A stretch of DNA of 63,606 nt, counting the filler, from Octopus bimaculoides (lineage: Eukaryota): NCBI RefSeq assembly GCF_001194135.2. It is 6 parts of 5 records of this genome, joined end to end, with 100 filler letters (N's around TTAATTAATTAA, not from the genome) between each part and the next. Parts side by side here need not be neighbours in the genome. Positions count along the whole stretch, not along the records: positions 1 to 16,624 come from NC_068989.1; positions 16,725 to 36,994 come from NC_068994.1; 4 more parts are not named here. One strand, written 5' to 3'. The translations under genes were made by a program, and so were the position numbers. Below the pieces are notes generated by a model. That model did no database searches. It had not been told where the DNA came from and worked only from the letters and a program-made list of their open reading frames with translations. Positions 13,335-26,449 of this stretch are shown piece after piece. Numbering within the stretch: position 1 is the first letter of the stretch; each line of letters opens with the position of its first letter.

Positions 13335-14817
13335 TCTATGTGTTTTCCAGGTTATGCTATTATGCTAATTAATAATGTTTCAAATGAGTCAATTAGCGGT
13401 GTCGTTGATAATTTTTCCCTCATCTCAATGATGCCGGTGACATATATTAAAAGTCCCTTAGAACGATACTCATAAAAAAAAAGTATAGAACTATATTATC
13501 ACCCTCAAATTTGAGAAACAAACACTCATAACTTTTTTTCATTTAAGACTTCATTTCATGAGACTGATGCCATGAAATTCCTCGAATTGAGCTCTAACAT
13601 TTAAGCTTAATTAAAATATAGTTTGCTTTTAAAATAAGAAAGTTAATTATACTTAAATCCAATTTTTGGCCTTACTTATATATTTTTTCATGATATTTTA
13701 CCTCACAACTTTTTTTATACAAATTTTTGTTGCATGGGATCAAAACTGAAATTCTTCACGCTTTCTTCTATCATTGAAGATAAGATAAAATTATTTTGCT
13801 TTTAAAATAAAGGAGTTATTTGATCTAAACTTGATTGGTGGCGTTACTTACTCTCCTATAATGTCGCTACAAATTTTGATGTAAACTTTTTTTTCTACTG
13901 AACCAAATCCCAATGTTTTATGCCAAAATGTAGCTACGATCCAGTCCTCTTCAAAAATGTTAACGGTTTTCCATTTGGTTAAGGACTGAATTAGCGACAA
14001 GCTGCGTGTGAGTGAATTGCAGCCTTAATATTATTTATAGATGTTTTCGATCTAGTTTGGATTCTTTGCCATCAGATTTTAATTCTTTGGCATCAAATTT
14101 GATGGCAAAGAATCCAAACTAGATCGATAACACCTATAACTACATAGTTGAATGATACAAAAATGTAGATATACGTATATACATACATAAAAAATATAAA
14201 AATATACATGCATGTATAATAGACAAATGCATATATATATAGATATAGATATAGATACACACTTATGCATATTCTTTTATTCTTTTATTTGTTTCAGTTA
14301 CGACGGGTATTAGGCTAGTGCACATAAAGTTTTTGCACACAAATATCTATTCATAACAGGAACCTATTTACAGTGTGTAATTACGAGAATGAAATTCAAT
14401 ACCATATCTGATAGTTTGTCGGTTAAGAGATTAGCAATATACACTCTCTCGCGTGTATACATGCTCTTTTTTCCTTTCTATCGATTTCTATGTCTATTTA
14501 AATATTATTCCTTACATTTTAATCTCCGGCCATCTACTTTCAATATGCACACATACGCACACACGCACATACGCACACACACGCACACACACACACACAC
14601 ACACACATGCACACACACACACAGATATATATGTATGCATCTCCTAATGTTGGTGTATATGTATATGTATGTTTATGCATGGATATATGGTAAAGGTGTA
14701 TATGTCTGTGAGTGTGTACATGTGTGAGCGTTTGCAATGAATGCAAACGAGATACAATGGTTTTGAATTTCGCTTCTGAGCCTGTTTCGATCCGAGTGTG
14801 CGGGTACTTTGGGCAAT

Positions 14818-14869
<52 letters not shown>

Positions 14870-15719
14870 ATCACATCATATATATATATATGCATATACG
14901 TATAAATGTACACATGTTTTTATATACATACGTAATGCCTAAATACGTACGTACATACATACACCTTGCATACATACATCTTACATACATACATACATGC
15001 ACATAACAATGCATACAGATGCATACACACGTATATACATACATACGTATACAAACAGATTAACACACACACACNNNNNNNNNNNNNNNNNNNNNNNNNN
15101 NNNNNNNNNNNNNNNNNNNNNNNNNNNNNNNNNNNNNNNNNNNNNNNNNNNNNNNNNNNNNNNNNNNNNNNNNNNNNNNNNNNNNNNNNNNNNNNNNNNN
15201 NNNNNNNNNNNNNNNNNNNNNNNNNNNNNNNNNNNNNNNNNNNNNNNNNNNNNNNNNNNNNNNNNNNNNNNNNNNNNNNNNNNNNNNNNNNNNNNNNNNN
15301 NNNNNNNNNNNNNNNNNNNNNNNNNNNNNNNNNNNNNNNNNNNNNNNNNNNNNNNNNNNNNNNNNNNNNNNNNNNNNNNNNNNNNNNNNNNNNNNNNNNN
15401 NNNNNNNNNNNNNNNNNNNNNNNNNNNNNNNNNNNNNNNNNNNNNNNNNNNNNNNNNNNNNNNNNNNNNNNNNNNNNNNNNNNNNNNNNNNNNNNNNNNN
15501 NNNNNNNNNNNNNNNNNNNNNNNNNNNNNNNNNNNNNNNNNNNNNNNNNNNNNNNNNNNNNNNNNNNNNNNNNNNNNNNNNNNNNNNNNNNNNNNNNNNN
15601 NNNNNNNNNNNNNNNNNNNNNNNNNNNNNNNNNNNNNNNNNNNNNNNNNNNNNNNNNNNNNNNNNNNNNNNNNNNNNNNNNNNNNNNNNNNNNNNNNNNN
15701 NNNNNNNNNNNNNNNNCTT

Positions 15720-15988
15720 TTAACTTTTATCTTTTACTTGTTTCTGTTATTTGACTGCGGTCATACTGGGGCATCGCCTTCAAAGGCTTTAGTCGAGCAA
15801 ATTGCAGCCGGTTTTTCTTTTTTTTTTTCCTTTTTTTAGGCCTATCAGTTTCTTTTGACTAACTGCTAAGGTACGAGGACGTAAACAAACCAGCACCGGT
15901 TGTCAAGCGGTGAGGGAGGACAAACAGAATGGTGCACACGCACACGCCCGCACAAGTACGTATGTACGTATGTACGTATGTATGCATG

Positions 15989-16022
<34 letters not shown>

Positions 16023-16205
16023 TGTATGTATGTATGTATGTATGTATACGACAGGCTTCCAGATTTTCTGTCTACCAAATTTACTCACGAACAACTAGTC
16101 GGTTCGGGGGTTTATTGTAGAAGGCACTAGAGCAAGGTGTCACGCATAGAGACCGAACCCGTTACCACGTGGTTGCGAAGCGAGCTTCGTAGCAACTCAG
16201 CCATA
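15720..16205 (-). mobile_element. SINE family A, near full length, with internal (TATG)n expansion
   Basis: Collinear with the 57643 and 50848 copies on the reverse strand. CpGs are largely retained. Confidence 0.8.
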
Positions 16206-16344
16206 TGGTGAAATTTGAAGCAGATTTTTTCAAACAAAGAATGAGAGTAAAAAAATTCACTCCAGTTGAACTGTAAATGCAAAAGGACATGCCTAGATCC
16301 TTCAATTAGTGCTCCGCCGACTCTGATGGATAATAATAATAACA

Positions 16345-16563
16345 ATAATCCTTTCTACCAAAGGCACAAGGCCTGAAATTTGTGGGGAGGGGACTAGTCG
16401 ATTACAACGACCCCAGTGTTTCATTGGCACTTAATTTATGGACCCCGGAAAAATGAAAGGCAAAGTTAGCCATGGCGGAATTTGAACTCAGAACGTAGCG
16501 ACGGGCAAAATACCGCTAAGCATTTCGTCCAGCGTGCTAACGATTCTGCCACCTCGCCGCCTT
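16345..16563 (-). mobile_element. SINE family B, full length, flanked by (TAA)n
   Basis: GGCGGCGAGGTGGCAGAATCGTTAGC head on the reverse strand, with the family B central domain. Confidence 0.85.
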
Positions 16564-16570
16564 GATGACG

Positions 16571-16624
<54 letters not shown>

Positions 16625-16724
16625 NNNNNNNNNNNNNNNNNNNNNNNNNNNNNNNNNNNNNNNNNNNNTTAATTAATTAANNNNNNNNNNNNNNNNNNNN
16701 NNNNNNNNNNNNNNNNNNNNNNNN
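16625..16724. other. Artificial 100-bp contig spacer (44 N + TTAATTAATTAA + 44 N)
   Basis: Identical constructs at 16625-16724, 36995-37094, 45809-45908, 57955-58054 and 61210-61309. The 12-mer gives stops in all six frames. Confidence 0.95.
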
Positions 16725-18525
16725 TATCTGTCATTACAGTATCGAAATGTAATTGTTTCAGTTAGTGGAATAACGTGTACATATACATCTATATGTATAC
16801 ATATACATTTCTCTCTTTCTCTTTCTCTCTTTCTCTTTCTCTCTTTCTCTTTCTCTCTTTCTCTCTTTCTCTCTTTCTCTCTGAAAGTATCTGTCATTAC
16901 AGTATCGAAATGTGATTGTTTCAGTTAGTAGAATAGTTTCATTTTTAAAGTGAAAGTATTTGACATGAGTGTTTTTGTTTCACTTTTGACACGTAATACT
17001 TAAATAGTGGAGGAGATATTATGTTGCTGTGGGCTCGAACAAGCACCCAGTTATAATCCAGGTTATGGCTAACCACCTCAGGTTGTAAGGAGCACTGTAG
17101 ATTACTTTTGTTTATGGTAAGCAATCTCAGTGTATCTCATTGGATGAGTAAATCCTGGATTTGCTTTGCTCGATTATATTTTACTGAGTGTATATCCAAA
17201 ACAATTACAATGAATATGGAGATTAGTACATCTGCATATTTTTTTAATTTCTACAGTCAATTATACAGCATATTTGATTTAAATGTGTCCAGTATATATT
17301 TTTGTTGCATAGACAATACACAATTGCATTTGAACCCAGTTACTTTTGACTGGTTATTAGTCTATGCAACTTTATTCAAGTTCCATCCACTGATGTGGTC
17401 AGAAGTGAACTAAGTGTATGTAGGTTTAGCTAGCATTATATTTGGTAAGTGACAATAGTTTTTGAGTGTAAAAAGTGTGAGAGGAAGCTTTGGAAACCAA
17501 ATATGGCTATAAAAACTGCTGTGAGGTTGACTCTATACTGACCTTAGGTTAGAATTTCAAATCAAGAATACCAGACCGTTAATTAGGTCAAAGTATTTAA
17601 AAACAAACAAACAAAAAAACCCCACTAACCTTCGATTGATTAAGAATTAGTGAACTTGAGATAGTGCATGCAGTTACTGGTCACTAATTCAGATATAATT
17701 TAAATATATGAGATATGTAGGAGTTATTTGTGAGACCAATAAACCAAATTTGATTTACATGTAGTTTCATTGTTCTATACGTGTTGCAAGAATTTTCAAA
17801 TATGTAGTTTTTACATATGGAGAATACTGATTATGCAAACTAGATCTTATATTTACCATGCAAACTCAGGCACCTCTTATTTTATGTGGTGCTTACTTAA
17901 TTAAAAATCCTTTCTATGGAAGTATTTGAATGCCCTGTAAAGGTGCAGACACCTTAAGGCTGTTCTTGCCCACTATTAAGTAACTGGTGTTTAGACATAA
18001 AAATATGGAATATTTCTTCTACGCATAAATTGCATCTTTTCCCCTCAATTACTATGGTTTTGCTATGCCTATTATTTTCTATTCAGTATTAAAGTTAATG
18101 TTTCTATCCTTAAAGGATCAGATAAACACACTTAAGCTTGTGCTATACATCTCTCTATCTTTAAATGAAGCTAAATGATTTGCTGGTTTCACCTTGAAAT
18201 TCGTCTAGCATGCTCCAGTATAAAAATACAATATTCCCCCTGATGTTACCATTTAAACCAAATCTGCTGTATAATTGACTGCAGATATAATAAATATGCA
18301 GTTGTACTAATCTCTGTATTCATTGTAATTGTCTTTTATGTTGGTTCTGAGTTTTGGTTAAATTAACTGTGGCTGGTTTGTCTTGAAGTAGTTGCATGCT
18401 GGTTATATGTTAACAGGTCTAGTCTGTGTGTCTGGAGTGATTGTAGATTAATTAATGATAAGAAGAACCAGGTAAATTTAATGTGACTGTTCTTTATTGC
18501 AATCATTAAAAAAATACATGGCAAA

Positions 18526-20418
18526 TGATAAGTAACTGGTTTGGTAATTCATAGCTTGGTTCTGTGTGCTGGGCAGTGTAGTTCTGTGTTCTGGGCAGTG
18601 TAGTTCTGTGTTCTGGGCAGTGTAATTCACAGGAAGATGTCTACTTGACTTGTGATTTCATCTCCATCTCCTCTCTCTGCTCTGTAGTGTGTGGGAGCAT
18701 TTCTTATGTAATGGTTGGTAGACAGGAACAGAATTTTTCTGCATTGGGATAAAAACTTGCTCAAACACCAATTGGCTAGTTAACACCATCCTATCTTTGC
18801 AACAAATTTAGTCCAATCCTAATCACATGATGAAATGTTGACAATGCTGAAATATGTACATTTGATATAACTTTAAAGCTAAATAGCTGAGTAGACAATA
18901 TGCTTGCTACAATAACCCCTGGGCCAGTATATTTTTCACAGAAAAATGTACAAAAATTCAAAAAGGAAAAAATGTAGCAAATGGAAAACCATAGTAAGAA
19001 AAAAATGTACAAAGGAAGAAAAAATACACAACAAAAAAGTGTATAATTTCAACTGATTTACAAAGTTGAAGTGAAAACAACTCTTCAAAAATTACATAAT
19101 GTGTTCAAAGAACAAAATTTGTATATACAAAATGCATTAAAATTGATGAGAACAAACAAACTGAATCAAAATGCTGCCTTCAATTGTTGGTGAAAGCACT
19201 CGATCATCTTGTTAGACATGGGTTGGTAAGCAGTAGTAGGAATCCACCATGCACCAAATAAATTTGAAATGTTAGTGAAAGGGCTTGATTCAAATTGTCA
19301 GTTGTGGTCTGTAGTGATGGTAAGATGTGCTCTTAAATTCAACTGGCTATAAGAGCCATCGTGATTGTGAGTGAAGAAATATCTTTGATAGGAATAGCTC
19401 CAAGCCATCAAGAAAAATGATTGATACAGGTCAACAGATATGAGTACTCCTTGACTGGTGGAAAAGGGCCAACGATGTCAATGTGAATATGTTTAAATTG
19501 GGCATCAGGTATGGAAAAAGTACCAACGGGTGCCCTAATATGATGTTGCACTTTATACTTCATGCATACTACAGAAGTTCTTGTCCACTTTTTAATGTTC
19601 TTTTGCAGTGTGAGTGCGTATACATGTGCAATCTGTGACTAAAGCAGCTTGAGTGAGTGCATTCTCAATCCATGGTTTGTGGTTGAATTTTTCTGGCAGG
19701 TGTGCATGCAGTGTGAAATGCTTTGAAAGTGGTGTAGAAGTGAAATGTGTCTGGTGCTGTAGAAGTGAAATGTGTCTGGTGCTGTCACTGTGTACATTTG
19801 CTGAGATGAGCAAGAATGACACAGTATGGTATGCTGGCGCGTTGCAAGAGACAGGCAATTCTCTCTGTTTATTCCATGACCAACCTGGGTCTAACAGGCA
19901 AGTTGTGTCTATAATAAGGGTGCAGAGAGTATTAGTCGAAATTGAGTGTTACATGTAAACAAATGAAAGTGTCCTGTGCAGACAGCATGGTATAAAAAGA
20001 TGAAATAAATAAACAAAAGTGACAAACTTGGCTGGAAAGTGTCTTACATATTGATAAGCAACTAGTTTGCTAATTCATGACTTGGTTCAGTGTGCTGGGC
20101 AGCGTAGTTCACGAGCAGTCATCTGCTTGACTTGTGATCTCGTCTCTATCCTTTCTCTCTGCTCTGTAACGTGACGTGACGAAGCATTTCTTATACAATG
20201 GTTGGTAGGCAGGAAGAGAATTTTTCTGTGTTGGGATAAAAACTGTTGCTCAAACACTGATTGGCTAGTTAAGCCCATCTAGTCTTTGCAACAGATTTAG
20301 TCCAACCCTAATCACATGATCAAATGTTGACAATGCTGAAATATGCCCCTTTGATATAAGTTTAAAGCTAAATAGCTGAGTAGACACTACACTTGCTATA
20401 ATAACCCCTGGGCCAGTA
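18526..20418 (-). mobile_element. Internally deleted Gypsy LTR retrotransposon relic with two LTR-like direct repeats
   Basis: Direct repeats at 18526-18929 and 20052-20418 both end in ATAACCCCTGGGCCAGTA. Between them the minus strand gives KWTRTSVVCMKYKVQHHIRAPVGTFSIPDAQFKHIHIDIVGPFPP...YLLTC and TITTDHN*QFES...TTAYQPMSNKMIECFHQQLKAAF, the Gypsy integrase core with stops. Confidence 0.85.
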
Positions 20419-21181
20419 GGTAGGTAGATAGATAGATAGGCAACATTTCTTTTTGCAGTTTCCATATTTTCAACTGCTTTATCATATCGTCAAAAGGGAA
20501 AATTTTCCAGCATTTTCTCCATGATGATATGAGAATGGTTTCATTCTCTTTCACTGTTATTCTGTATCCACTCCCTTCCTTCACTCAATCTATCTCTCTA
20601 ACTCTCTCTCACCCTCTCTCTCTTCCCTTTCCCTCCCCTCTCCCTCCTCTATATCTCCTTGCCTCTCACCCATCCTCCTGTATTTAATAACATGTTATAT
20701 TTGTCTTACCTGTCAGTGCTATGAATCTCCTCACTCTCACTCCGTGTCTGTCCCTCCTCTTTACTGCTTTACCTCTCACTTCAACTATACTTCCTATGCT
20801 TAAGATTTATTTTCTCTCTTTTTACCTCTTCCTTTGAAGTGTGACATACATTACAGGTATGTATATAAAAGAAAAAAAAAGACATATTATTACTTAGGAT
20901 GTGTTGGTGTACACTCAAATGTGGAAAAACATTCACTACAGTAATTGTCTTAGAAGGGATGTATATGAAAACATGGAGCTGGACTCTGAATGACATCAGC
21001 TGCTCATAATCCAATAAGGACTAGTATCTTACAAGATAAAGAGGTTACTTCTGTATATTAGAATTATCCAACCCATGTCATGATGTAAATATAAATGTTA
21101 TTAATCTTGATATTTCATTTTTTAAAAATTATTACTCTCCCCCACAACTTCACTTTTTTTTTTATCATTGTTTCATTTTAG

Positions 21182-21265
21182 GTATTATCGTCGGAAGTGT
21201 CGCTTGAGATTGATAAGAATTAGGCAGTATTTGGCCAGAATGAGAAAACTTGTTTTGCGTAACAG
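21182..21265 (+). CDS. MAK16: MAK16 homolog (60S ribosome biogenesis factor), internal exon
   Basis: ttttag|G TAT...AAC AG|gtaagt. Encodes YYRRKCRLRLIRIRQYLARMRKLVLRN, aligning with MAK16 [28 protein letters not shown]. Splices in frame to 27465. Confidence 0.85.
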
Positions 21266-21267
21266 GT

Positions 21268-21309
<42 letters not shown>

Positions 21310-23554
21310 TAAGGGAGCGATATCTATTCCTTCCACAGTCAAGACTGCATTTTTTTAATCACTCAGCATAGTAATCTTTTATACATTTTCTGATACACTT
21401 TATATTCAGCTACTCTCTCTTCTCACTTGTATTCCATGTTTCATGAAGGTTAATATTATATGACATATTCACTAGATTATATTTATATCTCCAACCGACA
21501 CAAATCTTTCACATTCCATGTTTCATGGCTCATTGCCTTGTGGAACCACACTTCTTATGTAAATTTCATACATTAATTGGTGCCTTTGGTGTATTTTGAT
21601 GATCTTTTTGATTTTGGTTGCCTTGGTGATGTGTCATACTGTGCAGGCAAAAGGCAGCATTCAAGGTGTGTAGGAGAAAGGCAAACAAGTTAACAGAAAC
21701 AACATAAAAACACCAACACTGGTTGTCAAGTAGTGGTGACACACATGCATACATGGGTTGAACAGTTTGACCAGAGCTGGCAAGCTAGAGAGCTGCACTA
21801 AGTTCCAGTCTGATTTGGCTTGGTTTTTATAGCTGGATGTCCTTCCTAACACCATTCACTTTCAATATGAAAATTACAGACAGAAATTATAGATGTTGTG
21901 TTTGAAATTCTTTAACAAGAGGAACTCTTTAGCCAAAGTAAAACCTACCTACTATAAGTAAAGCATGAAAATCACTCAATTTGATGAAAGAAACAACTGA
22001 GATGCACAGACAAACTGTGGAAGAGTATAAAAGAGATAGCAATGAGTGAACAAACTGATGAATATAAGTTATATAAGAACTGCTGTTAACATGTGACAAT
22101 AGTGATGCTAGAATAATAGGAAAAAAGTTACAGTGCTGGAAACTTTGAATGGTTAGAAGAATAAGGAAGTCAGAATCTCATATTTCCGAAAGCTGAGCAG
22201 CAATATACTATTGAAACATTGCATGTAAAGTGGGACCAACCTGAGTGTATGAGAAAATGATGTAATCAACACAAGGAAACACTGTTCGGAAAATTCTTCA
22301 CTATAACTCACACCATTTAAACTGTATTGAAAATGAGTATTGGAAAACCATCTTTTTGAGGTATATGCTGCATTTTTCAATTGTACAAGTAATTTCTTGG
22401 AAGGAAAGAGTAAATGTAGAACAATATTAAACATTTTGGAATGACCTATATGCTTTTAACTCATTCTCACAAGAAATAAACATAGCTTGATTTATAGTAA
22501 GGCAATTACCCTGGGGACCCACTTCTTTCCAGAAAGTTTGCATGAAGTAGGCCTTCCTCTATCTACTTCTTAGAAAAAAATCTCTAATAAATCTTAAAAA
22601 CAAATATCACATTTTTCTCCACTTTAATGGCACTAAAAAACTACTCTAAAATAACTTCTACCCAGTTGTCCTGAAGCAGCTTTTGGTCTGTGGGGAATAA
22701 TGGATTTCAAGGATGGAGGAAAGAATAACAACAAAAAGAAAAACGAAAGCTTTCTGAAAAATATTTAGTACTTTTATGTATTTATCTGCATAAAAGTAGA
22801 TAGAAGTTGTTGACTCAACAATGAATTTTTCGATTAAATCTCTCTCTCTCTCTCAAAAACAAACAAACCTGCACTCACATATATTGCCATTCCATAAAGT
22901 TATTCTACTCATTTGGTATGCTAGTCATATTTATGAAATAAGGCAAGACTGTTTGGCTTCCAAAATTTTAATTTTTAAGTTACTGTTTTAGTTATAAAGT
23001 TTTCTTTTTTGCATAATATCACTGCACAGAGCACAGATAAAAACTTTTTTTCTTTTGTCTTTGGAATATAACTTGGTCATATTTTTGTTTTCCATTAAAC
23101 CTAATCATTTCTTCCTCTTATAGTTCTGTATTTTTCATTATCATCAGCCTCCCAAATTTTTCTATTATGTTCACAAACAAAACTTCACTGATGGTATTGA
23201 TTTAGTACCTGTCATTGTTGCTGGTGCTGTTTCTCAACTTACTTTTTCAATTTGTCTATGACCACCAATTTTCAGCTATCTTTGTTGAACATTAGTTGTT
23301 ATTTCAATGGATGTCTATTACTATAAGTTCCTGGTCGTAAATGGGTGGATTGAAAAAAAAAAATCAGAAAAAATGTTGAAACAAAAATAAGCCCAATGAT
23401 GCCACTAACAACAACACATCTTAATTGCAATTCAAAATACCTTCTTCTCTCTCAAAATGATTTGAACTGTTACATCTACTGATGCCATTTTTATTAACAA
23501 AAGTGAAAGTAGAATTGTTACCTCAGATATTACATAGTTTGAAGTTTAGAGGGG

Positions 23555-25170
23555 TCCATGAAATACTTAATTCCTTTTCAAACAAATCATTTTTCTGAAG
23601 CATTTATGGTGCATCTTTGTTTTCATGGCCCCATGAAAGTGAAACAAATTTTGAAGAAAAGTAATTTAATTGAAACAAAATCCTTAATCTGTAATCCTCA
23701 ATTTGCTGTTACTCATTTGAATCTTTTCTGTTTACTTTGGTTGCAGGCCTCCATAACTGCCCCAAACATAAGAATAGCAGAAGAATGTGCCTGTGGGTAG
23801 ATTAAACAAAGCTGTTGTCAGTTCTTGTTTTGTTTTTGAAGCTATTTACTTTTTGCTTTTATTTAGATAATATTTTCACACAGAATATCCAGTATACTAT
23901 AGAATATTCGGCTATCAAAGAATTTCCAAAGAAAGAAGTTAAAAAATGCTACTGTATTGGCTAAGTCACAACATCTTGCAGAATTCCTGGCAAAATTTTT
24001 CTTTGCCTCAAAAAATAAGGGGGGAAGGGAACTTAGAAGCTAATGAAGGATCAGTAATAGATGTTTCTTTTGAGAAACTAGCTGCACTCTTAAGCACATC
24101 TGTAAGGAGAAACATATCAACTCAAGCGAAGTGCTATCTTAGGACCTAAAATGAGCCAGTTAGTTTTCTGCCAGAGAAAAGTATGTGTTCATGTTCTTTC
24201 AGAATCCAGAATATTGATGTGGTGAAGGCAAAATGGATGGGTATTGTCATGATTTTAAAAATTCTATGTTTTATACTGAACAGCATTTGAGAGAGTAGTT
24301 CCAGTACAGCCCATCAAAGAGGGCAGTTTATTGCTTTTACTGTTCTTTGATGTCAAGCCACTCTGACTGGCTTTCCAACAAGTATGGCTTTAATGATAGG
24401 AAAAATGAAAACATGAATAAAGTCAAGGCCACAGTGATTTTGAGTTGCAGTTCAAGGCTTTACATAAGCTGATAAAACAAGTGCTGAAAAACAAGAAATG
24501 TTGGACTGAAATATTCTTTTCTTCTCTAGGCACAAGGCCTGGAATTTTTGGGGAGGGGCCAGTCAATTAGATTGACCCCGAAAGGATGAAAAGCAAAGTC
24601 GACCTTGGTGGAATTTGAACTCAGAACATAAAGACAGATGAAATACGACTAAGCATTTAACCCAGTGTGCTAATGTTTCTACCAGCTTGCTGCCTTGTTG
24701 GACTGAAATATTGCACTGTGTTGTGGCTGTGACAATGTTTCTAGCCAAGAGAGGCCTGGTATTGAAGGGATAATTGGATCTAAGCACAATGAGAATTCTT
24801 TTGAGAATTATGGATCTTATTGCACAATTCGATCCATTTCTAATGTGTCACTTGAAAGCATTTGGCAATTTTGGAAGTGATAAGCTCTGTTCTATTGAAT
24901 GCAAAATTTATGAATCATATTGCAGCAGAACTTAAAAACTACCAAGTATTAGTGTTTGTAGATTTAATGCCAAACTGATCAGCTAACAGTTATTGTGTGT
25001 TGTACTGTTTCTGAGAAACTAGTAGAAAGGTTTTTAAATTTCCTAGTTTGGTTCTTATGAAGTGGAAACGCTGGTCACATCTGAGTTGGAATTTCTTTAA
25101 AAAATAGGATGTAAACTTTGAAGACTGTAGGGATAGTCCTATGACAGTACCAGTAATATCACTGAAAATC
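23555..25170 (+). mobile_element. Scattered hAT transposase remnants, interrupted by a SINE B copy (about 24515-24700, minus)
   Basis: At 24790-25170, frames give LIAQFDPFL.CHLKAFGN, DQLTVIV, KLVERFL and DCR(G)SYDSTSN, as in ZMYM1-like hAT transposases. At 23558, MKYLIPFQTNHFSEA resembles the hAT dimerisation motif. Probably more than one element. Confidence 0.55.
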
Positions 25171-25259
25171 TTTTTGCTTTCTTCCCCTCTTTTTTCCCTT
25201 TCTTTTTCTCCTCTTTGAGTTATGTTTAGAATACAAAATGTACTGTCTCCACTTTTCTT

Positions 25260-26235
25260 TCAAACATTCAATTTTGGAGAGAATTTTTTGATGAAATGTA
25301 GTTCTGCATTAAAAAACATTAGTATAAAAAATTCTCTCCAAAATTGAATGTTTGAAAGAAAAGCAGACTCCCTTTTGGCTATCTGAAACATTCTCCTGCT
25401 ACCCCCACTCTTCCAGGCATTCCAAGCCTGTTCCTTTGCACTAGTGACCCTGTCTACAGTATTGTTCCACCACCACATTACCCTGGGTCTGGAAGGGACT
25501 TTGCACCAGCCACTGATTTGGTCTGTGGCACTCAACAAGCTGTCTTGCAGGAATTCCTAGCTGTCTTCTATGTCACAGGACTGTAGCTCCTCCTTATCAT
25601 CAAATTTCTCAGTAAGTATATCCCTAAATCTGTGACCATGTGAAGGGTTCCTAAGCTTCTAAGTCCGTCTTTTCCAGATTGGTCTGGTTTTTGGCATCCT
25701 TTTGGCCTCGAGTCTAAAGTCACTAATAACTAGTCTATGTTGGAGGGTACATTCTTCACCAGGGAGAGTCCTTGTATTTAAGAGCAACCATGCATCCTGC
25801 TGTCTGGTGAGAATGAAATCGATCTGGCTAGCAGAGTCACCTGACTGATAGGTTATCAGGTGGCTAGCTGGCTTCCTGAAGTAGGTGTTGCAGATCAATA
25901 GGTTATTTGCATCGCAGAACTTAAGTAGCCTAGTTCCCTCTTCATTTCTGGTACCAGCTCCATGTCCTCCATGTACACAATGGAAAATACCAGATTGCTG
26001 TCCGACATGCCCATTAAAATCTCCAGCCACAAAGATGAGATCATTATCACTCATCTTTGAGGTAGCTTGCAGAAGTATATTATAAAAGTGATCCTTTTGT
26101 TCATTTGGTAGGCCCGCTTGTGGAGCATAAGTAGATATAATTTTAGCTATACCATTCTGCAAGACTGGCCTGAGCTTAAGTACTCTATCACACACCCTCA
26201 TACCCATATGACCTAATCCACCCATTTCTTTGCAA
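25260..26235 (-). mobile_element. RTE-like LINE fragment (APE endonuclease and linker)
   Basis: ORF 25659-26225 has IISTYAPQAG, IFVAGDFNGHVG, NLLICNTYF and SQIDFILTR, all APE motifs. 25260-25538 has WWWNNTVDR...KEQAWNAWKSGGS, typical of the RTE linker. Confidence 0.9.
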
Positions 26236-26449
26236 GAAGCATGCTCACACCCCCTATTTCATCACTATTACCTTCCCAGAAGAGTTTATACCTATGTGCT
26301 TTGCCTGTGAGGACTCTGGCTGAAGTTTCTCTCCATCTTACCTCTTGTACGCAACGTACATCAACACGTCTGGGTATTCAAGCTAAATTTGACAGTTTGC
26401 ATAAAAGGAAAAGAAAACAATATCTCATCCAGAGATAAATGTATTTTTT

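Noticed and set aside
18417-18471. Exon-like AG...GT segment upstream of the first MAK16 exon
   Set aside because: The frame needed to join the phase-2 acceptor at 21182 contains a stop, and the open frame has no MAK16 similarity.
16725-21181. Searched for MAK16 N-terminal exons here, and for the YGDIYNFP exon in 29044-45808
   Set aside because: No matching reading frames found by eye. They are probably in gaps or on other contigs.
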